This document shows, one piece after another, positions 1-12,335 of a DNA stretch of 64,000 bases. Below the pieces are notes generated by a model, which saw only the letters and a list, made by a program, of their open reading frames with translations, had not been told where the DNA came from and ran no database searches. The stretch spans positions 80,166,001-80,230,000 of the forward strand of contig OX597821.1 in the NCBI GenBank assembly GCA_951406725.2. The letters are read 5' to 3'. The stretch is from Octopus vulgaris. Taxonomy: Eukaryota. The translations under genes and the position numbers were made by a program. Position 1 is the stretch's first letter. Every line of letters begins with the position of its first letter.

Positions 1-552
1 CGATAAAAATGATCGGAAAACCAATGATTAACAACATAAAATTTCCTCATAAGGATTTCTAGACGTTGATGTTTCCAAAAGGGACAGCTTAACCGAGTTA
101 AATGTTCAAACATTATTGGCAACAGTTTATTAGAATTATTCCTTCAAATCCCTGCAAATGTGAGACGTTATTCATATTATTTGGTAAAGCTTTTTAGTGA
201 GGCTTTTTGGTAAGAAACCGTTCTATGGATTCCGAAATCCATTTCTGAGAGATGTACAAAGCCGATTATAGGTAACTACATAAAGGAGCATAAGCATTAC
301 AGGGGCTATATGCATGCATGTTGCATGTACGTGTGTGTGTGTGTGTGTGTGTGTGTGAATACATTGAGTAGTTCAATAGATTTCGTTAATTAAAAGTTCA
401 CAGAGTACAAATCGCAAGTTCTAAACGAAATGGCTGCTGTTCAGTTCTTATTTATGCCGTGGTAATCTCTATGGATTAATCTGAGATAAAGATTTTTTCT
501 TCAAATTTTGTCCCCATCTTCCTTATTTATTTACCTATTTATTTACTTATAA

Positions 553-610
<58 letters not shown>

Positions 611-1173
611 ATAAAGTTTTATTTAGACAAAGACGTGTTTTACAACTCTCTTGTCTTTGTATTGCTTTATTTGTAGGCTTTCGAAAACTGAATGATATTC
701 TCTGTTAATTTGATTAGGATATTTCAAAGAAATACCCGGGTCGAGCAGTTTATTGTTGATTTTCCTCCATATTTCGTGCAGAAAAAAGATGAGATTTTTA
801 AATATTTTTTTTTGTGGACATTAATCACAAAATACGAGTGAACAGCACTCGGTCAAACAAAATCTCTGAGAGCCACACTGAATAAGAAAGCTGACGACAT
901 GGACAAAATGATCGCAAGCCAGAGCTCGTGCATGTTGAAAAAGACATCTTGCTTATGTGTGTTTTCATACGAATGAGAGGGAATTTGATGGTTCGCTTAC
1001 CAAGAAAAACTACAGCAGCAAAACAATACCCGGCTTCGAACACATAAGTTTGCATGTGCCACATACAACAAAAGATTCTGCGGTGTGTCACAAGGAAGAA
1101 ACGAAAAGTCATTAATATAAAGACTATACTGGAACAGTTGTATCTTCAGTATAACACATGTACAAGGCGGTGA

Positions 1174-1278
1174 GTGGAGGCACATGGCCTAGTGGTTAGA
1201 GCAGCGGACTCGCAGTCGAGGGATCGCGAGTTCGAATCTCAGAGCCAGGCGTGGCTCGAGAAGGAACAAACAACAACA
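1174..1278 (+). mobile_element. Internally deleted tRNA-derived SINE (family C mini-copy)
   Basis: A box TGGCCTAGTGG and B box GAGTTCGAATCTC joined directly to the family-C tail (gagccaggcgtggctcgagaaggaacaaacaac); 13-bp TSD acaaggcggtgag at 1162-1174 and 1276-1288. Confidence 0.85.
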
Positions 1279-1492
1279 AGGCGGTGAGATGGCAGGAACG
1301 TTAGCCCGCCGGGCGAAATGCTTAGCGATATTTCGATTGTCTTTACGTTCTGAGTTCAAATTCCGCCGAAGTCGATTTTTACCTTTCATCGCTTCGGGGT
1401 CGATAAATTAAATACCAGTTGAGTTCTGGGATCGATCTAGTCGACTATCCTCTCCCCCAAATTTTAGGCCTTTTGCCTATAATAGAAAAGAT
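1279..1492 (+). mobile_element. tRNA-derived SINE family B
   Basis: B box GAGTTCAAATTCC followed by the gtcgactttgcctttcatcctttcggggtcgataaa-type body; more than 10 related copies in the window. Confidence 0.85.
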
Positions 1493-2254
1493 TATAAACC
1501 TACTCCGCAGCTGAAAAATTTCTATCCAAAGATCATGTTGAGTATATGCTGGAATATGCAAGCTGTTCAATGTGGACTATTAAGCAGCAATCGGACAACT
1601 ACGGCTGATATTTACAAGCAGCAACTACGGTGTTCGTAAACAGATTTGGAAAAAACAAAGCCGTCCTGAACGAACGGGAAAAGGGGCTCTTGTTCAACAT
1701 GATATCTATACTGTACAGATAATCGAAAATGTATTAGAGGCACTCTATTGGAAAAAATTGCTTCACCCACCATATTCTTTCGAGAGTCATTTTCTTTCAG
1801 GGTTTTAAAAACACTTGAGGTGGGCTTCAAGAGAGAAGGTCACAAACGTGTAGGTCAAAGCGTTAGGAATTTTATAAACATGGCATCTAAAATTTTGTAG
1901 ACAGATAAAGCAAGGCTGGAGATTATATTGATGACTGCAGAAGGAAGTAGTCAGAGGAAAGTGGTGAGAAAGAGAGGGTGGAAATTTGAGAAAGGGCGAT
2001 GTGGAGATAGAGAGGAAGATAGTTGAGCGACGACCACGAAGAGAAGGCGGTGGTGGTTCAGTATAAAGGAAGGAGAGGCGTTGGCGTTGGCCAAGTTAGT
2101 GATTGCAGCAGGAAAGTTGTCAGCAGCAATATTCGCACTCACGCAGCAGTACACACATAATAACACCTACGGGTAATAGGTGCGTCGACACATATACATA
2201 AAAAAAGAGTACTTTTCTTCATTTTCTTGTTCTTAGTTGACCTCCCTTTGTCAT

Positions 2255-2281
2255 CTCTCTCTCTCTCTCTCTCTCTTTCTC

Positions 2282-2345
<64 letters not shown>
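2255..2345. repeat. (CT)n microsatellite
   Basis: Direct reading. Confidence 0.95.
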
Positions 2346-2347
<2 letters not shown>

Positions 2348-2574
2348 AGCCACTAGATCACTACAGGCAAATATTTCTGTATTTCCGCCTAGGTTGTCTC
2401 AAATGACATTCGATACAAGAACAAGTCACCCTATCTACGTATGGGTATTCACTCACCTGAGAATCGGAAACACGTAAACCCAAGTAAACCGATTTGCGCT
2501 AACACGGCTTTGAATAAATGGTTTATATATTTTATATAGTGGACGATATGTGCGTGTGTGTGTGTGTGTGTTCT

Positions 2575-2797
2575 TTTTCTTTTATTACTTTTACTTGTTC
2601 TTAGTCATTTGACTGCGGCCATGCTGGAGTCATTTCTGTCATTTGATTGCGGTCATGCCTTTAGCCGAACAAATCGACCCCAGGACTACCTCTTTGTAAG
2701 TTTAGTACTTATTCTATCAGTCGCTTTTGCCGAATCGCTAAGTTACGGTGACCAATACAGACACACAAATAGACACACACACAAACACATACATATA

Positions 2798-2839
<42 letters not shown>

Positions 2840-2849
2840 CATACATACA

Positions 2850-2885
<36 letters not shown>

Positions 2886-2894
2886 TATGTATAT

Positions 2895-2926
<32 letters not shown>

Positions 2927-3079
2927 CGATGGGCTTCCGTCTAATAAATCCACTCACAAAGCTTTGGTCGACCCGAGGCTATAGTAGAAGACACTTGCCC
3001 AAGGTGCCACGCAGTGTGACTGAACTTGGAACTATGTGGTTGGGAAGCAAGCTTCTTACCACACAGCCACTCCTGCGCC
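2575..3079 (-). mobile_element. tRNA-derived CORE-like SINE family A with internal microsatellite
   Basis: Minus strand begins aggcgcaggagtggctgtgtggtaag (A box), then a B-box-like motif and a CORE-like ccttgggcaagt segment, (TA)/(TATG) tract, tail ...aaatgact..aacaagtaaaag. Confidence 0.9.
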
Positions 3080-3418
3080 TGGCTCAGGATTAGTGCGTCG
3101 GGCTCACAATCATAAAGTAGTGAGTTCGATTCCCGGACCGAGCTGTGTGTTGTGTTCTTGAGCAAGATGCTTTAATATACTTTGCCCTAGTTCACTCAGC
3201 TGCAGAAATGAGTTGCAATGTCACAAGTGCCAAGCTGTATCGGCCCCTTTACCTTTCCCTTCGACAACACTGGTGGCGTGGAGAGGGGAGGCCAGTATGC
3301 ATAGGCGACTGCTGGTCTTCTACAAACAGCCTTTCCCGGACTTATGTCTAAGAAAGGAACCCCTTAGGTGCAATCCCATGGTCATTTATGACCCAAGGGG
3401 GCTTTACCCCTTACCCTT
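3080..3418 (+). mobile_element. tRNA-derived CORE-like SINE family E
   Basis: tggctcaggattag A box, gagttcgattccc B box, ttgtgttcttgagcaag CORE-like segment, tail tttaccccttaccttt. Confidence 0.75.
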
Positions 3419-3428
3419 TATAGTGGAC

Positions 3429-3645
3429 AAGGCGGCGAGTTGGCAGAATCATTAGCACGCCAGGCAAAATGCTTAGCGATATTTCGTTTCTCCTTACGTT
3501 CTGAGTTTAAACTCCACCGAGGTCGACTTTGCCTTTCATTCTTTCGGGGGTTGATAAAATAAGTACTAGTTGACCACCGAGGTCGATGTAATCAACTAGT
3601 TCCCTCTCCCGGAATTTCAGGCTTTGCGCCTATAGCAGAAAGGAT
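3429..3645 (+). mobile_element. SINE family B
   Basis: Full-length match to other B copies; tatagtgga on both flanks. Confidence 0.85.
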
Positions 3646-4451
3646 ATTTTGTATAGTGGAGAGCAGAGTGTGCAGAAAAATATGCATCTCAGTTGGAAGA
3701 TTTAAGATATAAATCTTGTGATATTAGCTCCTCCCATGATATATTAACTCTGTTCGAAGCTCTAGATTTGATAGACCAAACGTACATCATTATCACATCT
3801 AGTAGAGACCGAGAAATAACAGCCAAATCTCCTTCAAATCAAAATCAACCGAATCTTCTTCAAAACATAAATTCTTTTGTAAAGACACACAGGATAAGGA
3901 GTCATAGCTACACAATATCGAATAAAAGTCTCCTTTAAGGCTTCATTCTAGCAGCAATCGCCATATTGCATGCATTGGTACGTATTCTGGCCAGGTGTTG
4001 CACAATAAATGCATATATAAGGAGAAATGCTTGATAAACACTTAGTGTTTATGCTACTTAACATTTTTTCACACATCCCTAGATCCATAGACGACGGAAC
4101 ACACACAGCTGGACACGAAGACGTGCAATTACGGAAAAATAAAAACACAAAAAGTACACATATACATACAACAACATAATCAGACATATATACACAAACA
4201 TACACACATATCTGCTTACATACGGGTATGTGTATATAATACTTCCACGCAGCGATAAATAGACAAACAGCTATTACATTGCTATGCAAGCCTAGTTTTT
4301 GCTAATGTATTTTAGGTGTATATACATATGTGTATATAGAAATACACACCACATGCATGCATATTGATATATATATATGTGCGTATGTGTACATCTTCAT
4401 ATACACACATACATATGTATACATCTGTAAATATATGCTTATACATAGACT

Positions 4452-4482
<31 letters not shown>

Positions 4483-4736
4483 GCACACACCTACAGATGT
4501 GTGTGTGTGTGCGTGTGCAATTATTTGCGTCTTATATAAGTGGAGATTAAGTGCATGTTCGTGCATTTGACTGCAAATGTCAACAGAGGTCAGATGGTTC
4601 ACTAGGGAGCTTTCGTAATTCGATCCCTCGTTATGTTAATCAATGCTCTTTAAAATATGCAAGTGCATGTCTACCTGCATGAGTCTCACACTCTTTCTCT
4701 TTCTTTCCTCCTTTCTTTCCCTCTCTCTCTCTCTCT

Positions 4737-4781
<45 letters not shown>

Positions 4782-5094
4782 AAGACAGAGAAAGAAGCCT
4801 CGTCTCTCTCTCTCCTGTGCAAGTATCTTTCCCTTGTCCCTGTCGCTCTCCTCTCCGCCCTTAATTAATTTCCCTCTTTCCTCCACTCTCATTACATGCC
4901 TGTTCCTCTTTTCTTCCTCTGTTTCTGCTTTTCCTCTTCCTCCTCTGATCTTTATTCGCTATCGACGCTGTCGTCTGCTCACTGCACTTGTAACCATGTA
5001 GTCTCGAGACCAAAACAGTGAAACAAAAACAAGCTCACACACACACACACACACAAACACACAGACACACACGCACACAAGCACAAATTACAAC

Positions 5095-5135
5095 ATGGCG
5101 CTGTGTCGCTGTAGGAACGGATGTGTCACCACATT
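5095..5135 (+). CDS. Candidate first coding exon (MALCRCRNGCVTT-, phase 2), gene unidentified
   Basis: CAAC-ATG-G start context, 13 codons plus 2 nt, consensus donor gtaagt at 5136; unique CpG-containing sequence upstream. No homology recognised. Confidence 0.35.
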
Positions 5136-5187
5136 GTAAGTCGTATCATATAAAAGATATAGATGATACTTAATACACACACACACA

Positions 5188-5254
<67 letters not shown>

Positions 5255-6625
5255 TGTCATTCACTGGAAGTTATCATCAAATTACTATTTTTAAGATATC
5301 ATAAATAAAGGACATTACGAAGTCATATTATATACTACAGAACTTCACTGATAATTAATTAAAAATTATAAGAAACTTATTAAACGAAAGCTACAAAAGC
5401 ACATCTGCTTGATCCTCATGAAATGTTTTTCCAGAATTATTTCTATGATTTATACTCATATAAGGAAGATCTGGCTCTTCACCGAAGCTTCTACGTTTTA
5501 TCAGATCTATTGAATTAGTTTAAATCCCGCTCAAGTCTATACACTTTCATTTATTCCCTCAGTCTTAAAGAACATGATTAATATTAGGAGAATCATCGTA
5601 GCTGCCTGTTTTACGAACACTTCTGAAGGTCTTAAACACTTGTCAGTAATCCAATTAATTGATACAGAGAAGGAAGAAACGCATGGAAGTTGGGTGGAGG
5701 TTGAGAAAGAGAGGGAGTTAGAGAGAAGGGGCAAGAGAGAGGGGAGCAAGAGAAAGAGGGAGTGGGTGCGATAGAGAAGAAGGAGTTTGAAGAGAGATTG
5801 AGAGATGAAGTATAATGGTGGTTATGCTTCGTACTGAGGAGAATAGTCAACTGATCACGGATGCTTGTACGCCATGAGTCTTTGCAGTAAGGAACTGTAA
5901 ACACCAAGCATCTCTCACTGGTATAAAGCAAGCAGACAGGTAAATAGGCAGGCAGGTAAATAGGCAGGTAGACATGCAGGTGTTTATGATGGGCAACAGC
6001 GTTAAATAAAAAATAATTCAACTTTTCTGTGGTGCCTCTGATTTCAGTGAGGAAGTTAAGTGCCTATGGCAAGTGACAGAATTCGAACCACCCAGATTTT
6101 GATAGTTACCCGCTACCCTACTCACACAGTCATTTGGGATTTCAAACAAAGTGTTAAGTGAAATGAAGATAGATATTGCAAACGTTTGGAAAGGTAGACA
6201 TAGTTCAAACAGGACAGAGAAATGGCTTACAGAGTTAAAACAAGAAGAGGTAAAGGATAGACTGGGGGATAAGCCATAAAAATCTTCCATATTTCGAGCA
6301 TTGACGGTTTATTTCGGTTAGCTAGATATTTAGACAATGAAATATATATACGGACTGTCAACTTTAATTCACCTGAACAAATTATGAAACAGCGGGAGTC
6401 AAAAGAAAATCTACTCTGCATTCAGTGAACCAAATGAATCAAGCTTTCAACCAGTGTTGAACAATATCGTCTGCTCCAATCATTTCAGAAGTCATATTTC
6501 ATTTTACTTAAGCACACCACTAAGCACATACACACGTCCAATTACAAACATTTACACATATACGCTTAAGCTAGGTCTCCAAACGCATACACACAAAATT
6601 ATTTACATCACACACAGAGACACAC

Positions 6626-6661
<36 letters not shown>

Positions 6662-7159
6662 ACACACACTTTTTCGTACACAAAGATGGTTTTCTTATAC
6701 CCTCTCTTTTCTCTAGTAGTGTACTTAGTATATTACACATTTCCTCCTTCCCTATGTCCTCCGAACTCTCAATTGACTTTAACGACAGTGAACCATGCAT
6801 TATAAATGTGCCGTCTGATGTAATCACCAATCTGTAATATATGCAACTTGTGTGGTATTCTCTAAATTCGATGCTTTGCATTCTAACGAAAGTATCCTTG
6901 TGATAACAACACGTGTGATGGGAAGAAGGGAAGAACAGAGAGGAAGTTACGAAATATAAAGTAATAAATGCTCATTTACAACTATTTATAGTTTATTGCA
7001 GAAGTTATAAAATGCTGCTAATCACCCAGTGACAGGAGTTTGTACTGCCAGTTCAATTCTTGCCTGGGTCTTTCATTTCTCGAATTTGGTGCTTTGTTTA
7101 ACCGTAAACAGTACACAGCTAAGTAGACTAACTTTCGGTCATTCTCTAAAAATAATTCT

Positions 7160-7547
7160 AGTAGGTATGGCTGTGTGGTTAAGCAGCCCGCTTTGTAAGC
7201 ATGTAGTTTCGGGTTCGGTGCCGCTGTGCATCATCTTGACAAGTGTCTTCTATCATAGCCTGGGGCCTTGCGTGTGAATTTAGTTGACGGAAACTGTGTG
7301 GAAGCCTGTCATATATATGCGTGTTTGTGTGCGCGCGCGCGTGTGTGTATTTTCGTGTTTATACTTCCACCACTTGAGAACCGGTGTTAATTTTTTTCAT
7401 ATCACCGTACCCTAGCGCTTCGGCAAAAGCTATCGATAAAATACGTTTCAGACTATTTATTAAAAAATAAAAGAACTAAACTAAAACTTTTCAAGGCTGT
7501 GCCCCAGCATGGACGCTGTCCAATGACTGAAACATGTAAAAGATAAA
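7160..7547 (+). mobile_element. Diverged SINE family A
   Basis: tggctgtgtggttaag head, gggttcggtgcc B box, tail ccccagcatgg...aatgactgaaacatgtaaaagataaa. Confidence 0.8.
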
Positions 7548-8439
7548 TAATTTCACTACAATATAATTTTGTCTAAGTAACATACCAGCAAATGCAAAAC
7601 CAAAAAGATCCCCCAAAATAATAATTAAAAAAAAGTAACAACCAGTACAGAGCAAACCAGTCAACGTTATGACTATTTAGGTAGCCTAAGGGATTTCTGG
7701 AATAAAGTCCCACCCAGTATTATGCCTGTCGCATATTCCTTTACATCTTTCCCTTGCTAACATTTCTCCCCTTTCGTTTCTTACTCTGAAGAATTCGCTT
7801 CGCCAACCTATTCGCTCTACTAAACCCAAACGTTGTTAGATGAATGTTGCGTCGATTTTTACTGTTTGTTACTCTTGCCAGAGGCAGAAACACAAGCAGT
7901 GGAGAAGTAAAGAAAATAATGAAGCTAAAAGATTGAGAAGAGAAAGAGAAAGAAAACGATTGGGAGGAAGGCAAGAAAGGAGAATGGAAAAGTTTTCTTT
8001 TTACATGACCTTTGTAAGCCTTCGCAGAAAAAAAATATGGACGCGAAGAGAGAGAGGGAGAGAGAGAGAGAGAAAGAGAGAGAGTACGTCAAACGGGAAA
8101 ACGATCATGCATCGCATATATACGTACATACTGACAGACAGACGGGCAAATAGGCATACGTGCATGTATATAGATTCCATCATTCATCGAAAGTGAGGTA
8201 TACACACACACACACACACACACACATGAGTGAGTGGACGAACGAAAGAAAAGGGCACTCAACACATTTTCTAGGAGTTACATCTATTATTTAAAACAGT
8301 TTGATTCGGTTCCGTGCTGCTCCAAGTTTCACAGACCCCCTAACGGGACCACGATTGTTTTAAATAATAAGAAGCGCATTCAGAGACCGCAAACCAAGGC
8401 CCTCTCAACGATTAGCCGGAGATGATTTTTAAAATGAGA

Positions 8440-8719
8440 ATGTCTGAAATAAACTCGACTGCTCTCATAAACGAGAATACTAAAAATGAACCCGACCACT
8501 CTCAAAACATTAAGTAAAAAAAATTAGGAAAACTAATCCAGTATCCTTGTCCGGTACTGGATCGATCCCAAAGTCTAATTAGTCCGTGCCAGTCACGAGG
8601 CCAAACATCCCTAAAAGTTTCATTGGAATCCATCCACCGGTTCTTGGGATATCTTGTCCACGGACAAACAAACACGACTGAAAAAACAATACCTCCGCCT
8701 TCACTAAGGAGGAGGTAAT
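8440..8719 (+). mobile_element. Helentron/HINE (DINE-1-like) non-autonomous element
   Basis: Terminal stem-loop tacctccgcctt-cact-aaggaggaggta (8690-8717) preceded by an acaaacaaac tract and an aagtttcattggaatcc motif, resembling HINE ends; 5' boundary uncertain. Confidence 0.55.
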
Positions 8720-8724
8720 GATAT

Positions 8725-8910
8725 ATTTTCTATTTTAGGCACAAGGCCTAAAATTGTGGGGAAGGAGGATAGTCGATTACGTCAACCTCAGTGTTTCATT
8801 GGTGCTTAATTTGTCGAGCCCCAAAAGATAAAACAACAAAGTCGACCTCGGCGGAATTTGAATTCAGAACGTAAAGACGAATGAAAACCGCTAAGCATTT
8901 CGTCTAGCGT
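8725..8910 (-). mobile_element. SINE family B (5'-truncated)
   Basis: Reverse complement of the B body: aaagtcgacctcggcggaatttgaattcagaacgtaaagac. Confidence 0.8.
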
Positions 8911-9020
8911 ACAACAACAACAACAACAACAACAACAACAGCAACAGCAACAGCAGCTACAACAACAACAACAACAACAACAACAACTACAATTATAATA
9001 ATTATTATAATAATAATAAT

Positions 9021-9560
9021 AAATGTCCTGGTGCAGTACCAGGCAGTGGCTCTCATGGTTTCTCATCTTAACTGACATTGTTTTATCTTGCTATAAAAGA
9101 TGGGCTACAGCAAATATTCTGCTCAATACCACAGATTTGCTTGTCAGTTGTTTGACCTTAACAAGTTAAGCATGTCCCTTAGTGGCTGAAGATATGTGCA
9201 TCTCTGATCACGAGTAGATGTAATTGGGGAACATCATAGCCATGTGTTGAGAGGAATTATTTGGAGTTTGAATAATTCACCTTTGGAAACATGGGTGTTT
9301 CGTTCAACATCTTTAAATAACTCTTATTCAGGGACCGTTTGAGCGGGATGGACTACTCGACCTGAAGAAAATTCTAACTGGGCCCCACCTGCAAGGTCAT
9401 GCACTGTTTATCTTGATATGGGATCACCATGTCGCGCACACATGGTTGTGATGCATGTGCCTGGTGTATCCTTATCAAACGGGTAGTGATGATGAGTATA
9501 CTGGACTTCGTATATTTTACCCCAATGTCATTTTGATGGCATGTGCTGTTCTCTCATTCA
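9021..9560 (+). mobile_element. ~550-bp non-coding interspersed element in (TAA)n, copy 1
   Basis: Colinear and highly similar to 43717-44275; both flanked by TAA repeats. Confidence 0.85.
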
Positions 9561-9568
9561 ATAATAAT

Positions 9569-9863
9569 GTTTGTCGTTGTTTGTTCCTTCTCGAGCCACG
9601 CCTGGTTTCCCGGTCTCCTTGGCGTATAGGTTCCCCACCTGGACGGGACGCCGGTCCGTCGCATGTGAGCTGCAAGATGCAGGAAAGAGTGAGAGAAAGT
9701 TGTGGCCAAAGAGTCAGCAGAAGTTCGTCATTACCTTCTGCCGGAGCCGCGTGGAGCTTAGGTGTTTCGCTCATAAACACACACATCGCCCGGTCTGAGA
9801 TTCGAACCCGCGATCCCTCGACTGCGAGTTCACTGCTTTAGCCACTAGGCCATGTGCCTCCAC
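9569..9863 (-). mobile_element. tRNA-derived SINE family C
   Basis: Minus strand gtggaggcacatggcctagtgg...gggttcgaatctcagacc; (CAA)n-like tail. Confidence 0.9.
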
Positions 9864-9864
9864 C

Positions 9865-9912
<48 letters not shown>

Positions 9913-9982
9913 TGGAAGGCGATGGTTGTTCGTCTTTCACTGACATGGTGTATGGACACGGCAAAGCATTGAACTCAGAACA

Positions 9983-10360
9983 TGCTTTCTAATTGATGTA
10001 TCAATACCGGCAGATGACAACGTGTCTCTAAAAGAAATGGAGAAACTCTCAAAATACAAAGACCTGGAAATAGAGGTAACTAGAATGTGGAACCTGAAAA
10101 CAGAAACAATTCCTATCATAGTAGGCGCATTAGTCATGATAAAAAAATATTCAGACAAATACATAACAAAAACACCAGGATTTACAAACACATATAACAT
10201 ACAGAAAATTGCACTACTAGGCACTGCACACATCCTACGCAGAACACTTTCCATACAATAACCATCAGAGCATCACAACAAATCACAGCACATACCCAAG
10301 GCACACAGAGCTGCGCTCGGTAGTGAAGTGAAAGCACGCTATAAAAATAAAACTACTGAA
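9983..10360 (+). mobile_element. 5'-truncated R4/Dong-clade non-LTR retrotransposon (restriction-like endonuclease C-terminus and 3' UTR)
   Basis: CFLIDVSIPADDNVSLKEMEKLSKYKDLEIEVTRMWNLKTETIPIIVGAL...QKIALLGTAHILRRTL* is the typical R4/Dong RLE end; followed by (TAA)n. Confidence 0.9.
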
Positions 10361-10372
10361 TAATAATAATAA

Positions 10373-10403
<31 letters not shown>

Positions 10404-11099
10404 AAGAAGAAGAAGAAGAAGAAGAAGAAGAATGTATGTTTCATAGACATATTCTCTGCACAAACCATGCCTACTATAATAATATTCATGTAGGTTGTTC
10501 GGTAAACCTGCACGAAAACCATGACACTTTCTTCATAAATCTGAAGGCGATAGGGGAAAAGGCGGCGTAGACGAGTAGAAGATGCTACTGGAAGGCGATG
10601 GTTGTTCGTCTTTCACTGACATGGTGTATGGACACGGCAAAGCATTGAACTCAGAACAATGTGTAGCTGTGTCTTGCTGAACCCTGATTCATCGATACGT
10701 TGATAGAGTGCATACAAAAATGCATAGACATCTATCCATCCATCCATCCATCCATCCATCCATCCATCCATCCATACAGACAGACAGACAGACAGACAGA
10801 AAGACAGACAGACAGACAGAAAGACAGACAGACAGGCAGACAGGCAGACTATCAAAGTTGCGATATTTAATAAATCAGTTTCCTTGTATAAATGTCTTTG
10901 CATATTGATAGAATCTAAACTGTTCGATAACGAACCGTTTTTCAATATTGTGCACGTTTCCCACCACAGTAACAGCTCTGTGTAGCGAGATGTGTGGCGA
11001 TTTACGTCTTGCCAATATTCTTTTATCAGTGAGCATGCGTGCGTGAGTGCGCGCGCGCATAGTCTTTTAATCTTGCCGATAGGAGATTCCATGCATGTT

Positions 11100-11491
11100 T
11101 TTCTCTTTTACTTCGTTACTTGTTTCAGTCATTTGACTGTGGCCATGCTGGAGCACCGACTTTAGTCGACCAAATCGACCCCAGGACTTATTCTTTGTAA
11201 GCCTAGTACTTATTTTATAGGTCTCTTTTGCCGAACCGCTAAGTTACGGGGACGTAAACACACCAGCATCGGTTGTCAAGCGATGTTGGGGGGGACAAAC
11301 ACAGACACACATACACACACACATATATATATACATATATACGACGGGCTTCTTTCAGTTTCCGTCTACCAAATCCACTCACAAGGCTTTGGTCGGCCCG
11401 AGGCTATAGTAGAAGACACTTGCCCAAGGTGCCACGGAGTGGGACTGGACCCGGAACCATGTGGCTGGTAAGCAAGCTACTTACCACACAG
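11100..11491 (-). mobile_element. SINE family A
   Basis: Near-consensus copy. Confidence 0.9.
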
Positions 11492-11804
11492 TAGAAGACA
11501 ATATTTCGACTTCACATAAAGGACTTCAACTACAATGTCGTTTGGGTTCTGTTCATTGTTTCCATCTGTAATTTTCCCGTCCTACTGCATGGTGTGGTCC
11601 TTCCCTTTTTTCCCTTATTTCTCCATCATCTCGTTTTTGGTCTTCTCTTTACCACAAGCGAAAACAGACAAGCATTATCATGGAATTTAAAGAGACAAAT
11701 AGTCAACTAAACGGACAGATAGCTTATGTAATGTTGAAGAGAAAAGCAGTTGTCTGGAAATAGAAACAGAAAGACGAATTGATGGTCTCTTTGTCATCGT
11801 CTGT

Positions 11805-11975
11805 ATATTATTTAGCTCCGGTCAGTTCCGATCGGGGAGACTCATAATTAAAGACATTCCTGCCGTGACTATCATGCGCTAGGAATCCATTACTATCTTA
11901 TGACAGGTCTCTTTTTCTAAGACATTGGGGGCGTGATATGAAGGATAATTGACTGCTATTTCTAGCAGCTCGGGT
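11805..11975. repeat. Old interspersed repeat family F (also near 3740-3920, 18310-18480, 46480-46640, 48000-48620, 54350-54500, 58960-60080)
   Basis: Recurring motifs tttagc(c/t)c..ggtca...gatcaaag.cattcc.gccgtgacc and gagatttggctgctatttctagcag in both orientations; highly diverged. Confidence 0.6.
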
Positions 11976-12217
11976 GGGAACATAGATACTCTAACGTGGG
12001 TCCTTGTTGATGTTGTTATTGTTTTTGTTGTATTGGTAGCGGCGGCGGTGGTAAGAGTAGCGACCCCTCACTTACGCCGTTACCCATATAAAGAAACCAA
12101 AATAGACTCAGTCATAATACCACAACCATCTTCTTGGTTGGTAGATGTAAATAAACGGATGTATGTAAACATATATACATACGTACACCACACATGCACA
12201 CACACATACACGTAAAG

Positions 12218-12218
12218 G

Positions 12219-12315
<97 letters not shown>

Positions 12316-12335
12316 GGATGGATAGATAGATAGAT
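12218..12335. repeat. (GATA)n microsatellite
   Basis: Direct reading. Confidence 0.95.

Larger units (their letters stand above)
880..1937 (+). mobile_element. Decayed mariner transposase remnant interrupted by SINEs at 1162-1490
   Basis: 1502-1937 translates with stops and frameshifts to ...PKIMLSICWNMQ..LL...TTTADIYKQQL...LVQHDI....LEALYWKKLLHPPYS...FYKHGI*NFVDR*..GDYIDD*, colinear with the mariner catalytic and C-terminal motifs (KVMLCVWW, HDN, LPHPPYSPD, FYxxGI). The part upstream of 1160 is weakly supported. Confidence 0.7.

Noticed and set aside
998-1075. Minus-strand exon-like segment with a gtaagc donor
   Set aside because: Lies within the probable mariner remnant on the opposite strand; no recognisable peptide.
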